Shown: positions 46,289 to 56,513 of the stretch, piece after piece
Position numbering within the stretch: the first letter of the stretch is position 1
Layout: each line of letters starts with the position of its first letter
IMG/VR virus record: IMGVR_UViG_3300034012_002207
Reading direction: 5' to 3' (one strand)
Length of the DNA: 64,000 bases
Source of the DNA: an uncultured virus (IMG/VR IMGVR_UViG_3300034012_002207)
Lineage: Duplodnaviria; Heunggongvirae; Uroviricota; Caudoviricetes
Position numbers and translations under genes: made by a program
Notes under the pieces: model-generated
The model's database searches: none
The model's input: only the letters and a program-made list of their open reading frames with translations
Told to the model about the DNA's origin: nothing

Positions 46289-46486
46289 ATGAAGTATCCA
46301 TACGCTACACTTAATATGTGCCTAAAGAGTATGCTAGGTTCACAAGAGCTAGTAGACAAGTGGTACGAATCACCTAATCGTGCATTTGGTATGCAAACTC
46401 CACTCCAAATGTTGGAGTCAGGGGATGAACCTCGTAGAACAGTATACCGGTACATTCTAGCACAGCTTAATTATATTCCACAGTAG
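46289..46486 (+). CDS. small protein, MbcA/ParS antitoxin C-terminal-like
   Basis: KW..SPNRAFG..TP..M. Confidence 0.55.
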   Translation: MKYPYATLNMCLKSMLGSQELVDKWYESPNRAFGMQTPLQMLESGDEPRRTVYRYILAQLNYIPQ

Positions 46487-46551
46487 CTCAGCGGTAGAGC
46501 AGTTGACTGTTAATCAATTGGTCGTTGGTTCGATCCCAGCCTGTGGAGCCA
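46477..46551 (+). tRNA. tRNA-Asn(GTT)
   Basis: cloverleaf, CCA. Confidence 0.93.
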
Positions 46552-46553
46552 AG

Positions 46554-46627
46554 TGGGGTATAGTGAAACGGTATCACACAGGATTTTGATTCCCATATTC
46601 TTGGTTCGACTCCAAGTACCCCTGCCA
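46554..46627 (+). tRNA. tRNA-Gln(TTG)
   Basis: cloverleaf, CCA. Confidence 0.85.
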
Positions 46628-46633
46628 CAAATC

Positions 46634-47104
46634 ATGAAACAATTCGACCTAGACGAAATTAAACAGTTTATTAGTGCTCAAAGCGCAGATACTCGAATAT
46701 ACTTGGGCGCAGATAGTGAGCGTGTAAGTGGTGGTGATTGCTGGATGGCTGAATACTACCTAGCGGTTGTAGTTCACATTGAAGGCAAACACGGCTGTAA
46801 GATATTTGGTCATATTACTCGTGAGCGAGACTATGATCAACGCCGAGATAAGCCTGCGCTACGACTCATGGGTGAAGTGTATAAGGTCGCACAGCTATTT
46901 AATGAGCTAAGCGATGTACTCCAAGACCGACACGTAGAAGTGCATCTAGATATTAATCCAGATGATCGCTATGCTAGTTCACAAGTAATTTCTCAAGCTA
47001 TTGGATATATTCGTGGCACCTGTAATATAGAAGCACAAGTTAAACCTCAAGCATTTGCAGCAAGTTACGCAGCAGACCGACTAAAATTTATTCTTTCAAA
47101 CTAA
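46634..47104 (+). CDS. RNase H-like YkuK (DUF458) family protein
   Basis: IYLGADS, RLM.EV, EVHLDIN, KP.AFAAS.AAD. Confidence 0.85.
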   Translation: MKQFDLDEIKQFISAQSADTRIYLGADSERVSGGDCWMAEYYLAVVVHIEGKHGCKIFGHITRERDYDQRRDKPALRLMGEVYKVAQLFNELSDVLQDRHVEVHLDINPDDRYASSQVISQAIGYIRGTCNIEAQVKPQAFAASYAADRLKFILSN

Positions 47105-47105
47105 A

Positions 47106-47327
47106 ATGACTAAAGACCGCTTTGATCTTGAACAAGAAATCCTAGATTGCTGGCATATTACCGATGATCTGCAGACTATTATGGAAACTGATAGTCTTGA
47201 ACTTAGTGACGATGTGCATAATCTCTTACTTGGACTTAAGACTCTTTATCACCTTAAGTTTGAGCGCACCTTTGCAACATTTGAGCAGCTGGTTACCCAA
47301 CGTAAGCTAGATCCCCGAATTATGTAG
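47106..47327 (+). CDS. hypothetical protein
   Basis: DRFDLEQ.I..CW...DD. Confidence 0.7.
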   Translation: MTKDRFDLEQEILDCWHITDDLQTIMETDSLELSDDVHNLLLGLKTLYHLKFERTFATFEQLVTQRKLDPRIM

Positions 47328-47399
47328 ATGTGACCCGAAAGGCTAGGGACTGGATTGCAAATCCAGTATATGCAGGTTCGAGTCCTGTCATCTACTCCA
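47324..47399 (+). tRNA. tRNA-Cys(GCA)
   Basis: cloverleaf, U73, CCA. Confidence 0.9.
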
Positions 47400-47403
47400 C
47401 ACC

Positions 47404-47478
<75 letters not shown>

Positions 47479-47490
47479 CTAAGTATAATC

Positions 47491-47880
47491 ATGAACGAAG
47501 AACTTAAAGATTCACTAAGTGAAATTGGCGAAGCTTGGAATAAAGCTATGCTAAATATTGAGCAGGCTAGTGAGGAGTACTGGAATAGTTTAACCAAAGA
47601 GCAACAGCTTGATGCATTCTGTGCAGTGTGTCGTCGCATCTACAAAGGTGATATTGAGGACAAGGGCACTTACAGGTATGTTCTCTACAATGTGTTTGAG
47701 TTCGGGCCAGAAGCCTATGCTCCTGCACAGATGGCAGGATACCTGACTATACATAATAGCATTTTTGATGCTGAACATGATGACAACTTGCTAACTAAAT
47801 TTGCTGAGTTTTGTGGTCTTGACCAAGCAAAAGTTAGTGAGTTCTGGAATCAGCATTCTTGGGCACAAGATATAGGATAA
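47491..47880 (+). CDS. hypothetical protein
   Basis: 129-aa ORF. Confidence 0.7.
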   Translation: MNEELKDSLSEIGEAWNKAMLNIEQASEEYWNSLTKEQQLDAFCAVCRRIYKGDIEDKGTYRYVLYNVFEFGPEAYAPAQMAGYLTIHNSIFDAEHDDNLLTKFAEFCGLDQAKVSEFWNQHSWAQDIG

Positions 47881-48064
47881 ATACTATGGCTTGGGTATGG
47901 ATTATACTATTTTCTGTGTTAGGCACTGGCGGCGAGCACGGAACTAGAGGTGCATACTCTAGCAGAGCTGAGTGCGAACAAGCACTAGCCAAACTTAAAC
48001 TAGACTACGAAACTAAAGGTAAAACCCTAGTTGGTAGTTGTAGTGTTACGCAAAAGAAGATATA

Positions 48065-48372
48065 GTTGTATGAAGTTAACCCAAAGGTGCTTTGGACGCG
48101 GGTTCGACTCCCGCCTGGTCCACCAGAAACATTTTTGTCCATGTATTTGGGAACGGAAAGATAAACCGTGAGAATGTTTCTGATGGGCTAGTCATGGTTT
48201 CGACAGGGTGCAGAGTAGGAAGATGGACAACTCGGCAATGCAGAAGCCGTAGGGCTGGGACTACCCGGCTAGAGAAGCAAACAAACTAAACGCAAACGAT
48301 GAAACGTTCGCATTAGCCGCCTAAACTCGGCTTAGGGTTCCAGGTTATCCTCGTAACAGAAAACCTGGACTT
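48065..48372 (+). ncRNA. ssrA: circularly permuted (two-piece) tmRNA
   Basis: T-arm and CTGGTCC-ACCA (ends 48125) precede 5' strand GGGCTAG (48185); G3-U70; tag ANDETFALAA* at 48292-48324; outer ends approximate. Confidence 0.9.
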
Positions 48373-48426
48373 AAATGGCCATTTGGCATTTTTATTAACA
48401 ATTCTTGCTCAACCGAGGAGAATGAG

Positions 48427-48867
48427 ATGACACTAAAAGATATTAATAAATACTTTCTAGGCTTTGATGAAGCCCAAGATCGCATTAACAAATTGCATAC
48501 GCAAATGATTGCTAAAGCAAATGTTAATTATCCACCATACAATGTTCGCAAAGCAGAAGATCACAAGTATCTCCTAGAACTAGCTGTTGCTGGTTTTAAG
48601 GAATCAGAGATTAGTCTGGAAGTATCAAAAGGCGAACTTGTAATTACTGCTCAAAAGTCTGAGCAGGAAGAAGATAAAGATTATACAGCTTGGATTCATC
48701 AAGGTATTGCCTACAGAGGCTTTACTCGTAGCTTTTTCCTAGACAATCAGTATGAAGTCCTACATGCCGAGCTTAAAGACGGCTTGTTAAAGGTTTACCT
48801 AGGCTTGCAAGAAACCCTGAAGCCTAAGCGTATTCCTATTGGTGGACAACAACAGCTTGATCTTTAG
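48427..48867 (+). CDS. small heat shock protein Hsp20 (IbpA-like)
   Basis: YPPYNV, LAVAGF, HQGIA.R.F.RSF, A.LKDGLL. Confidence 0.92.
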   Translation: MTLKDINKYFLGFDEAQDRINKLHTQMIAKANVNYPPYNVRKAEDHKYLLELAVAGFKESEISLEVSKGELVITAQKSEQEEDKDYTAWIHQGIAYRGFTRSFFLDNQYEVLHAELKDGLLKVYLGLQETLKPKRIPIGGQQQLDL

Positions 48868-48955
48868 AAGCGTGGTCGAGGGGTTTAAGGCACCGGTCTT
48901 GAAAACCGACGATTCCGTAAGGGGTCCGTGAGTTCGAATCTCACCGCTTCTGCCA
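48866..48955 (+). tRNA. tRNA-Ser(TGA)
   Basis: class II cloverleaf, CCA. Confidence 0.9.
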
Positions 48956-49123
48956 ACATAGAGGGTGCCCAGCACCCTCTACTTTTTAGATTTGCGCCAA
49001 TGAACCAAACAAAAATTCCACCCAGTGCTGGCTACCTTATTCCCCTACCAACTAAAATGTTCCTAAATTGGACTGTGGACGAGTGGGGATTCTGGGATGT
49101 AGAAGTGCTAGTCTTAGACTAAT

Positions 49124-49303
49124 ATGATTACCCCTTGTATTAAAGTGTGTAGGCTAGACCCTAAACTAGAGCTATGTATAGACTGCTGGAGAACTAGGGA
49201 AGAAATCCAAGACTGGACAGCATACACAGACAAACAACGAGAACAAGTAGTTAATAAACTATTCTATAGACAAGTTAGGTATACTAGCGGGTATAGTGTT
49301 TAA
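49124..49303 (+). CDS. DUF1289-like Cys-rich protein
   Basis: TPCIKVC.LD....C.DC.RT.EEI.DW. Confidence 0.75.
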   Translation: MITPCIKVCRLDPKLELCIDCWRTREEIQDWTAYTDKQREQVVNKLFYRQVRYTSGYSV

Positions 49304-49364
49304 CGGTTAGCACGCCAGTCTTCCAAACTCGAAGTGAGGAGTTCGAATCTCCCTACCCGCTCCA
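49287..49364 (+). tRNA. tRNA-Gly(TCC)
   Basis: cloverleaf, U73, CCA. Confidence 0.88.
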
Positions 49365-49933
49365 TGAAAAAAATTATACTTTCCCTGTTCGATTATAGTG
49401 GCAATTGGCCTAAATACTACCGCGACAGCGGATTATATGACGTATATCAAGTAGACGTTAAACTTGGTCTTGATATACTTGATATAACTCCCGGCGACTT
49501 ACCACAACCCATACACGGCATCCTAGCTGCTCCACCTTGCACAGACTTTGCTAGTAGTGGTGCTCAGTACTGGGGGCAAAAAGATAGGGATGGGCGTACC
49601 CAGCAGAGCCTACAGCTAGTAGATAAAACCCTAGAAATCATAAGCTATCATGAACCCAAATGGTGGGTGATTGAAAATCCTGTGGGTAGACTAGCAAAAC
49701 TTAGGCCAGAACTAGGCACACCTTGGTACTTTCAGCCGTGGTGGTTTGGTGACGCCTACACCAAGAAAACAGGATTGTGGGGCACATTTAATCGTGACCT
49801 GCCTCAATCACCAGTTGATCCCGACCCTAAATCGCCAATAATGCAATTAGGTGGTAAATCAGAACGAACTAAAGAATTGCGTAGTATGACTCCACTAGGC
49901 TTTGCCCTAGCTTTTTACCTAGCAAATCCCTAG
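49364..49933 (+). CDS. short C5 cytosine DNA methyltransferase
   Basis: ILSLFD, AAPPCT.F, IENP motifs. Confidence 0.8.
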   Translation: MKKIILSLFDYSGNWPKYYRDSGLYDVYQVDVKLGLDILDITPGDLPQPIHGILAAPPCTDFASSGAQYWGQKDRDGRTQQSLQLVDKTLEIISYHEPKWWVIENPVGRLAKLRPELGTPWYFQPWWFGDAYTKKTGLWGTFNRDLPQSPVDPDPKSPIMQLGGKSERTKELRSMTPLGFALAFYLANP

Positions 49934-50006
49934 TACCTTAGCTCAGTGGTAGAGCATCTCGTTTACACCGAGAGGGTCGTGGGTTCGAAACCCTCAGGTA
50001 CTACCA
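49932..50006 (+). tRNA. tRNA-Val(TAC)
   Basis: cloverleaf, CCA. Confidence 0.9.
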
Positions 50007-50089
50007 AAACTTAAACTTGCACAGGCCCAGTCAGTGTGATATAATATAAAAATGTCACACAGGCTGGGCATTATTTTTAAGGTTTAAAA

Positions 50090-50626
50090 ATGAGCAATGT
50101 ATTTTTTGCTAGTGACCATCACTTTCATCACGAGAACATCTTAAAGTTTCTTAGAAGTGACGGCACACAACTACGTAGTTTTAATGGCATTAACCATATG
50201 CACGAGCACATTATTGCTCAACACAACAGTGTGGTCAAACCTGATGACAAAGTATACTTCCTAGGCGATGTTTGCATGACTAAGAATGCAACAGGACTAG
50301 AAATTCTAGGTCGTCTTAACGGTATAAAAATATTGATCCGTGGTAATCACGACGAGTGTAAGCTAGCACAGTATGCACAATACTTTGATGATGTTCGTGG
50401 AGTATGCCATAGGTACGGTGTAGTAATGACTCATGTGCCTATACATCCAGAGAGTTTGGATCGCTGGGGCACTAACTTACACGGACACCTGCACTACAAA
50501 CGAGTGCTCTTACCAAACGGCCACCCAGACCCACGTTACATAAATGTTAGCATGGAGTGCCTTGACAACTATACTCCGGTCAGCCTAGCAGATATAAATA
50601 AAAGGATTGCAAAAAGTGCAAAATAA
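50090..50626 (+). CDS. metallophosphoesterase
   Basis: SDHHF.H, LGD, GNHD, HGHLH. Confidence 0.9.
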   Translation: MSNVFFASDHHFHHENILKFLRSDGTQLRSFNGINHMHEHIIAQHNSVVKPDDKVYFLGDVCMTKNATGLEILGRLNGIKILIRGNHDECKLAQYAQYFDDVRGVCHRYGVVMTHVPIHPESLDRWGTNLHGHLHYKRVLLPNGHPDPRYINVSMECLDNYTPVSLADINKRIAKSAK

Positions 50627-50817
50627 AAGTTGGCCGTGGCCACGTAGCTCAGAAACCCTAACTAATACTAACACACAAAATACTGTAGAATATGCAGGGG
50701 TTCCTGTCAGCAAACAAACCGTACTTACACTCAAAGATCCAGGTTGGATTGTTGCTGTGTTTTTTGGTGTTCTACTTTTCATGCCGCTGCTGTGGGCAGC
50801 ATTTATGTAACCTATAC

Positions 50818-50895
50818 GGGCCTCTAGCTCACGGTGGTTAGAGCATCCGACTCATAATCGGCAGGTACTGGGTTCGACTCCCAGGGGGCCCACCA
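50818..50895 (+). tRNA. tRNA(CAT), probably Ile2 (lysidine)
   Basis: cloverleaf resembling ileX; CCA. Confidence 0.85.
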
Positions 50896-50900
50896 ATACT

Positions 50901-51146
50901 ATGAATAATATTCCACAATTAGCACAAATTATTGAACTAGCACAAGAGGAAGAAGTTAACGATCCTATTGACTGGGGTATGCTAAGCGTAGATGAAAACA
51001 GTGCTTATTTGCTAATCGCAAACGGACTAGTAGACCTGTTTGGCTATCCTGAAACTGAACGAGAAATGCTAATCTTAGCTACTCTAGTCAGAACAACAGT
51101 AGAAAACTTTACCCTAAATCTTAAACTACTAGGAGATCCAAGTTGA
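50901..51146 (+). CDS. hypothetical protein
   Basis: DPIDWG.L, L.VENF.LNLKL. Confidence 0.65.
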   Translation: MNNIPQLAQIIELAQEEEVNDPIDWGMLSVDENSAYLLIANGLVDLFGYPETEREMLILATLVRTTVENFTLNLKLLGDPS

Positions 51147-51347
51147 GCAAATATATTGTAGCTAGCTACATGAATCATACCGGAACTGTAGATCAAAAAA
51201 TCATACACGCGGATACAGATTTTGATGCTGTAGTTAACTACTTAGGCGCAAAACCGCCCGGTATTGCTACCCTAGACAAACTCTTAGAGTGGTGTACAGA
51301 TCAAGATATTGCAATTAACTTTATTGAAATTAACTAAGGAAACACAA

Positions 51348-51659
51348 ATGAAAATCTTTTTTGGCGCAGTAGACTACGATCCCAGCGAGCTTGATGCAGA
51401 TGAGCTGTTTACTACTGATGAAGCACCTACTAAATACTTTTATTACGAGCTTGAGTGGGGCACTAATAACGGTGGTATGGAAGACGTAATGTTGCGTGAT
51501 ACCTGTGATCGAGAAGTTCCAGTTAGCATTGACCATATTAATGAACTTATTGATGCACTAGTTCGTGTACGGGATATGAACGATGATATTAAGCGCGGCA
51601 AAGAGCTTGAAGAAAAGGTAGAGGGAGATAGCGAAGAAGTAATTGGCGATTGCTGGTAA
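51348..51659 (+). CDS. hypothetical acidic protein
   Basis: AAGGA RBS. Confidence 0.65.
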   Translation: MKIFFGAVDYDPSELDADELFTTDEAPTKYFYYELEWGTNNGGMEDVMLRDTCDREVPVSIDHINELIDALVRVRDMNDDIKRGKELEEKVEGDSEEVIGDCW

Positions 51660-51662
51660 TCT

Positions 51663-51923
51663 ATGCATGAAATTATTATAGTATATTTTTCAATTGCACT
51701 AGCTACTAGCATTGTTAGTTGGTGGTTTATGTTTAGACCCTTAGTTAGAGAGGCTATTCAGGCAGGAGTAATTAACGATATTACTCGTAGTCCCAAGTTA
51801 AGCTCTGTAGTGTTTATTTTGCTAAACACACTAATGGCTCCTATCGTACTTCCAATAGTATTTATTCCATCAATGTTTGAATCGGCTAGAGCAGGAATGC
51901 GGCGAGCAATTAACGAAGATTAA
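51663..51923 (+). CDS. membrane protein
   Basis: two hydrophobic helices. Confidence 0.65.
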   Translation: MHEIIIVYFSIALATSIVSWWFMFRPLVREAIQAGVINDITRSPKLSSVVFILLNTLMAPIVLPIVFIPSMFESARAGMRRAINED

Positions 51924-51992
51924 AAAATTTAATCTTGAATCGTGTGCCATATATTGCTATAATATTATTTCTTCATTAGGAAAACACAGACT

Positions 51993-52265
51993 ATGAAACT
52001 TGTAGAATTCAATTACACAAAACAAGATGGTTCCCAATCACAACGTGCTGTTATGGTACTGCAAGAACCTCAGCGTAATTACGCTGGTATTGATCTCACT
52101 CAACTTGATGAGTCTAGCTTTGCACTTTTCTTGGACGAGTATCGTCAAGTAAAGAATCGTCAACATGAAGAAATTATGCAGCTAATGGCTCGCCATGATC
52201 TTAAACACAATTATCGGCAGTTTGTTCCTGATCGGATGCAAATTACCGAAACTACTTTAGTATGA
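51993..52265 (+). CDS. hypothetical protein
   Basis: F.YTK.DG..S.R; own promoter. Confidence 0.7.
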   Translation: MKLVEFNYTKQDGSQSQRAVMVLQEPQRNYAGIDLTQLDESSFALFLDEYRQVKNRQHEEIMQLMARHDLKHNYRQFVPDRMQITETTLV

Positions 52266-52519
52266 CAGATAAACCATTCAGAATATGGGATGCCATAACA
52301 CTTCAAGAAGCAGCTAAAATCGCCATTCAATTAGGCGCAATTATTGACGAAACTTGCCGACAAAATAAAACTATTCCAGCTATGTTACCACCTAGCTTAA
52401 TACCTACAGAAAAACTTTACATTTTAGCCGCAAGTTTTGATGCAGCATATAACAAACTAATTGAATACGAACTTACAAAAACCGGAAACTTACGCTCTGA
52501 CAAAGACAATATACACTAA
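52262..52519 (+). CDS. hypothetical protein
   Basis: overlapping ORF chain. Confidence 0.55.
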   Translation: MTDKPFRIWDAITLQEAAKIAIQLGAIIDETCRQNKTIPAMLPPSLIPTEKLYILAASFDAAYNKLIEYELTKTGNLRSDKDNIH

Positions 52520-52528
52520 GGATTAAAA

Positions 52529-52894
52529 ATGACTCAATGGACTCCTGAACTTAAAGAACAAGTTGTTAAAATGTATCAAGATGCTGATCCTACCCCTGAG
52601 AGCAGCACTGAGATTATCAAAGACATTGCTGACGAGATCGAAGCCTCACCTAACGGTGTTCGCATGGTTCTTGTTCAAGCGGGTGTCTATGTTAAGAAAG
52701 AAGCCTCCGCCAGCACTAGCAAGGGCGGCAGTACCGCCAAAACCGGCGAAGGCACTAAGCGTGTAAGCAAAGAAGCAGCTATTGCTGAGCTTACCAAAGC
52801 TATCGAAGCCAAGGGTGCTCCTATCGACGAGGATATTCTTGGCAAACTGACTGGTAAAGCTGCTGTTTACCTGTTGAGTGTTATCAAGGCTTAA
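52529..52894 (+). CDS. T5 D3-like DNA-binding protein
   Basis: WT.E, S.EI...IA....SPNG.RM.L..AG.Y.KK, KLTGKAA. Confidence 0.75.
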   Translation: MTQWTPELKEQVVKMYQDADPTPESSTEIIKDIADEIEASPNGVRMVLVQAGVYVKKEASASTSKGGSTAKTGEGTKRVSKEAAIAELTKAIEAKGAPIDEDILGKLTGKAAVYLLSVIKA

Positions 52895-52940
52895 TATTCC
52901 GGGCAGCCATTGCTGCCCTTATTTTTCGAGGTTATAGGCT

Positions 52941-53564
52941 ATGGCAAAGAAACGATCAGCTCTTGAACAAGAGCGTATGACAGACACTAATCTACAAAAG
53001 GTTATTGGTCTACTTGAGCCTAAAGATGCCAACACTAAGCCTATAACCAAAAAAGAAGCTTGCGCGATTCTAGGCATGAACTATAACACTTCACGCCTAG
53101 AAACACTTCTTGAACAGTTCAAAGAGCGTCAACGTCGAGATGGTGAGCGTCGGGCAGCACTACGTGGAAAACCTGCAACCCAACAAGAAACCGGATTTAT
53201 TATTCGTGAATATCTTGAGGGTAATACCATTGAGGGTATTTCTAGGTCCACGTATCGTGGTGGGGAATTCATTAAACGAATTCTAGAAGAAAACCACGTT
53301 CCAAAACGAAATAGTTCTCACGACTATTTTCATCCCCAACTTATTCCTGAAGGCGCAATGCAGGATAAGTTTGAAGTAGGAGAAACTGTATATAGCAGCA
53401 GATATGATTCTACTGCAAAAATTATTACAGAACTGCCTGATCCTACTTATGGCTGGGTTTACCGTGTATGGCTAACTAATGAAAAGTGGCTACAGTATGC
53501 CTACCAACCAGCCTGTGAATTAGCCTCTCTTAAGCACTTAAAAGAAGTTGGAGTTCAATTCTAA
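52941..53564 (+). CDS. T5 D2-like protein
   Basis: TKK.AC..LG, EYL.G, FEVGE.V, YRVWL, ELAS.KHL. Confidence 0.75.
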   Translation: MAKKRSALEQERMTDTNLQKVIGLLEPKDANTKPITKKEACAILGMNYNTSRLETLLEQFKERQRRDGERRAALRGKPATQQETGFIIREYLEGNTIEGISRSTYRGGEFIKRILEENHVPKRNSSHDYFHPQLIPEGAMQDKFEVGETVYSSRYDSTAKIITELPDPTYGWVYRVWLTNEKWLQYAYQPACELASLKHLKEVGVQF

Positions 53565-53845
53565 TGGATAATAACATTATCTATGAAAAACTTATAGAAG
53601 AAAACTTGGAAAAAGGCTTTCAGATCAAACTGGTGGTCAATGACTTCAGGGAAACAATCTATATTCAACTCCGAAAATACTTTTTAAGCTATGAAGGCGA
53701 GTGGGTTGCCAGCCGAGAAGGTGTAAGTTTCCCAGCTAGTATGGAGAATATTTACAACCTTCTTGACGGCATGATGGAAATCTGCGCTGAAGCAGAGGGT
53801 GAGGAAATCATTGAGCACTACCATAACCAGCTCAAGAAATCCTAA
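53564..53845 (+). CDS. PC4/p15-like ssDNA-binding protein
   Basis: LVVNDFR...YIQLRKY....EGEW....GVS. Confidence 0.75.
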   Translation: MDNNIIYEKLIEENLEKGFQIKLVVNDFRETIYIQLRKYFLSYEGEWVASREGVSFPASMENIYNLLDGMMEICAEAEGEEIIEHYHNQLKKS

Positions 53846-53899
53846 CTTGACCACACGACCCTAAACTGTTATAATATTAAACTCTTGTGAAAGTTTAAC

Positions 53900-54856
53900 A
53901 TGACAAACAAACTCAAAGAATTTCTTGACACAGCAAGCAAGCACTATTACGACGGCTGGCCTATTATTAGTGATAAGCAGTTTGATAGTCTTGCTGAGTT
54001 GATTGGCTACGGCGAGGTAGGTAGTGCTCCGCAGACCAATAAGGCTAAACACTTTAGGCAAATGTATAGTCTGCAGAAATTCTATGATGATGAGGGTCAG
54101 CGTAATCCACTAGAAGGCGTTCGGGAAGTTAGTGTTACTCCCAAACTTGATGGCGCAGCCATCTCACTGCTTTACATCAACGGCGAGTTAGTTCAAGCAC
54201 TTACTCGGGGCGATGGAGTAGAGGGTCAACTGATTACTGACAAGCTGTTGTCAACTAACCTAGTACCGCATAAAATTTCCTATACGCCTATTCTCCAAAT
54301 TACCGGAGAAATTGTTGCTCCAAGCCATATTGAAAATAGCCGAAACTATGCCGCTGGCTCCCTTAATCTAAAGGATCTAGATGAATTTAGAACGCGAGCC
54401 ATTAGTTTCTTTGCCTATGGCTTATTCCCGCACTGGTCAGACTCATATTCGCAAGATATGAAATGGCTGCGTAAGCAGGGTTTTCAAACTGTCTTGGAAG
54501 CAGACTTAGATAAAATTTATCCTTGTGATGGTGTAGTATTTCGTTGTGACTCAAACCAAGAGTTTGAAGCCTTGGGCTATACTAGCAAGCATCCCCGTGG
54601 TGCATACGCTAGAAAAGAACGAGCTGAACACGTAGAAACTACACTCTTAGGCGTAGAATGGCAAGTAGGTAAAACTGGCAAGGTTACCCCTGTGGCTATT
54701 CTAGAACCTGTTATGATTGGCGATGCACAAGTGAGCCGAGCTACCCTAAACAATCCAGGCTTTATCGAAGCACTGGGCCTTGAAATTGGCGACAGGGTAG
54801 CTGTAATCAGGGCTGGAGAAATCATTCCCTGTGTGCTGCACAAAGTAGATGCCTAA
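53900..54856 (+). CDS. ligA: NAD-dependent DNA ligase, catalytic subunit A
   Basis: YY.G.PIISD..FD, KLDG, ALTRGDG, DGVV, WQVG.TG.VTP, RATL.N, RAGEIIP. Confidence 0.93.
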   Translation: MTNKLKEFLDTASKHYYDGWPIISDKQFDSLAELIGYGEVGSAPQTNKAKHFRQMYSLQKFYDDEGQRNPLEGVREVSVTPKLDGAAISLLYINGELVQALTRGDGVEGQLITDKLLSTNLVPHKISYTPILQITGEIVAPSHIENSRNYAAGSLNLKDLDEFRTRAISFFAYGLFPHWSDSYSQDMKWLRKQGFQTVLEADLDKIYPCDGVVFRCDSNQEFEALGYTSKHPRGAYARKERAEHVETTLLGVEWQVGKTGKVTPVAILEPVMIGDAQVSRATLNNPGFIEALGLEIGDRVAVIRAGEIIPCVLHKVDA

Positions 54857-54943
54857 ATTTATCAGGCTCGGGCAAGTAAAATTTAGACTTGCTAAGCCTA
54901 TACAATTAGTGTATAATATTTATATTCTGTTGGATAAAACCCC

Positions 54944-55705
54944 ATGAAAATCACGATTCCCACAAATTGTCCGTGTTGTGAATACCCACTTGAGTGGGTT
55001 AATGACCAGCTGTTTTGCCGGAATCAGGCTTGTAGTGCTCAGCTTGATAAAAAGTTAGAACACTTCTGCAAAACCCTTGGTATCAAGGGCATGGGTTCTA
55101 AGACTATAGAAAAACTAGAACTGGCAGATATTACTGAACTCTACTACCTAGAGGAAAGTGAGATTGCTGAGTGCTTGGGCAGTGAGCGTATGGCTGAGAA
55201 ACTGATTGATGAAATCAATCGCAGCCGTAGTGCAAGTCTAGCCGAAGTCCTAGCAAGTTTTAGTATTCCCTTAATTGGTAACACCGCATCACAGAAAGTT
55301 TCTAAAGTAATCAGTCATATTGACGAACTTACCACAGAAAAATGCCGTGAAGCTGGTTTAGGGGAAAAAGCCACCGAAAATCTTATGAATTGGATTCAAA
55401 CAGATTTTCAAGAAATGAGAGAATTTCTGCCGTTCTCATTTCACTCTAACCATGTAGTAGATGCCCTAGAAGATAGAAAAACTATTTGTATTACTGGTAA
55501 ACTAAAAAGTTTCAAAACAAAACAAGAAGCATACGATCAACTTGAACAGCTTGGATTTAAAATTTCCGAAACTGTAACCAAATCCCTAGACTTTCTAGTT
55601 GACGAATCTGACAAATCTAGTTCTAAGCGTAAACGTGCCGAAGAACTAAATATTAAAATTATCACAGACCTACAACAATTTTTGAAAGAAAATAAAGATG
55701 ACTGA
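54944..55705 (+). CDS. NAD-dependent DNA ligase subunit B (Zn finger-HhH-BRCT)
   Basis: PTNCPCC, C.N..C, IKG.G, CITG, SSK..RA. Confidence 0.9.
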   Translation: MKITIPTNCPCCEYPLEWVNDQLFCRNQACSAQLDKKLEHFCKTLGIKGMGSKTIEKLELADITELYYLEESEIAECLGSERMAEKLIDEINRSRSASLAEVLASFSIPLIGNTASQKVSKVISHIDELTTEKCREAGLGEKATENLMNWIQTDFQEMREFLPFSFHSNHVVDALEDRKTICITGKLKSFKTKQEAYDQLEQLGFKISETVTKSLDFLVDESDKSSSKRKRAEELNIKIITDLQQFLKENKDD

Positions 55706-56444
55706 AAAAGCTAAAAAATGGAATGACGAGGTTGTTGACCAACTGCTTCAAATCGTTGGTAGCCAAAGCCCCGTTAGCGTAGCTAAAGTTGAAGAAGCCG
55801 CCGAAACCCTTGGATTCACTACTCGTAGTATTGCTGCTAAACTCCGCCAGCTAGACCGTGATGTTGCTAGCATGGCCAAAGAAAAGACCACTGCCTTCAC
55901 CGAAGACGAGACTGATGATCTTGCCAACTTTGTTGAGGATAATGTTGGTCGTTATACCTACAAAGAAATTGCAGAAAACTTTGCTGATGGCAAGTTTACT
56001 GCTAAACAGATTCAGGGTAAACTTCTTGCCCTAGAACTTACCGGCGCTGTAAAGCCTGCCGAGAAAGTTGAAGTTGCTCGTACTTACACAGAAGCTGAAG
56101 AAGCAAAATTTGTTCAAATGGCTGAGCGCGGTGCCTTTATCGAGGATATTGCTGCTGCCCTTAACAAGACTGTTGCAAGTGTACGTGGCAAGGCTCTTAG
56201 CCTTACTCGTAAAGGTCAAATTGCTAAGATTCCCGCACAGCGCGAGTCCCATGCTAAAGATCAGGTTGATCCTATCGTTGCTCTTGGTAGTCGTATTGCT
56301 ACTATGACTGTAGCAGAGATTGCCAAAGAAGTTGATAAGACTGAGCGTGGTCTTCGTACCCTTCTTACCCGCCGCGGAATTAATGTTGCCGATTACAAAG
56401 GCGCAGACAAGAAAGCCAAGGCCGAGGCTAAAGCTGCTGCCTAA
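55698..56444 (+). CDS. T5 D5-like DNA-binding protein
   Basis: repeated HTH units (RSIAAKLR, SVRGKALSL, RGLRTLLTRRG); synteny. Confidence 0.8.
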   Translation: MTEKAKKWNDEVVDQLLQIVGSQSPVSVAKVEEAAETLGFTTRSIAAKLRQLDRDVASMAKEKTTAFTEDETDDLANFVEDNVGRYTYKEIAENFADGKFTAKQIQGKLLALELTGAVKPAEKVEVARTYTEAEEAKFVQMAERGAFIEDIAAALNKTVASVRGKALSLTRKGQIAKIPAQRESHAKDQVDPIVALGSRIATMTVAEIAKEVDKTERGLRTLLTRRGINVADYKGADKKAKAEAKAAA

Positions 56445-56513
56445 TCTAGATTAGGCATAACACTAGGCCGGGAGTCTAATCAACTCCCGGCCTTTTTACT
56501 TTGGATACTGTAA

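Noticed and set aside
53900..55705. Split ligase as pseudogene or novelty
   Set aside because: A two-gene NAD ligase is normal in T5-like phages.
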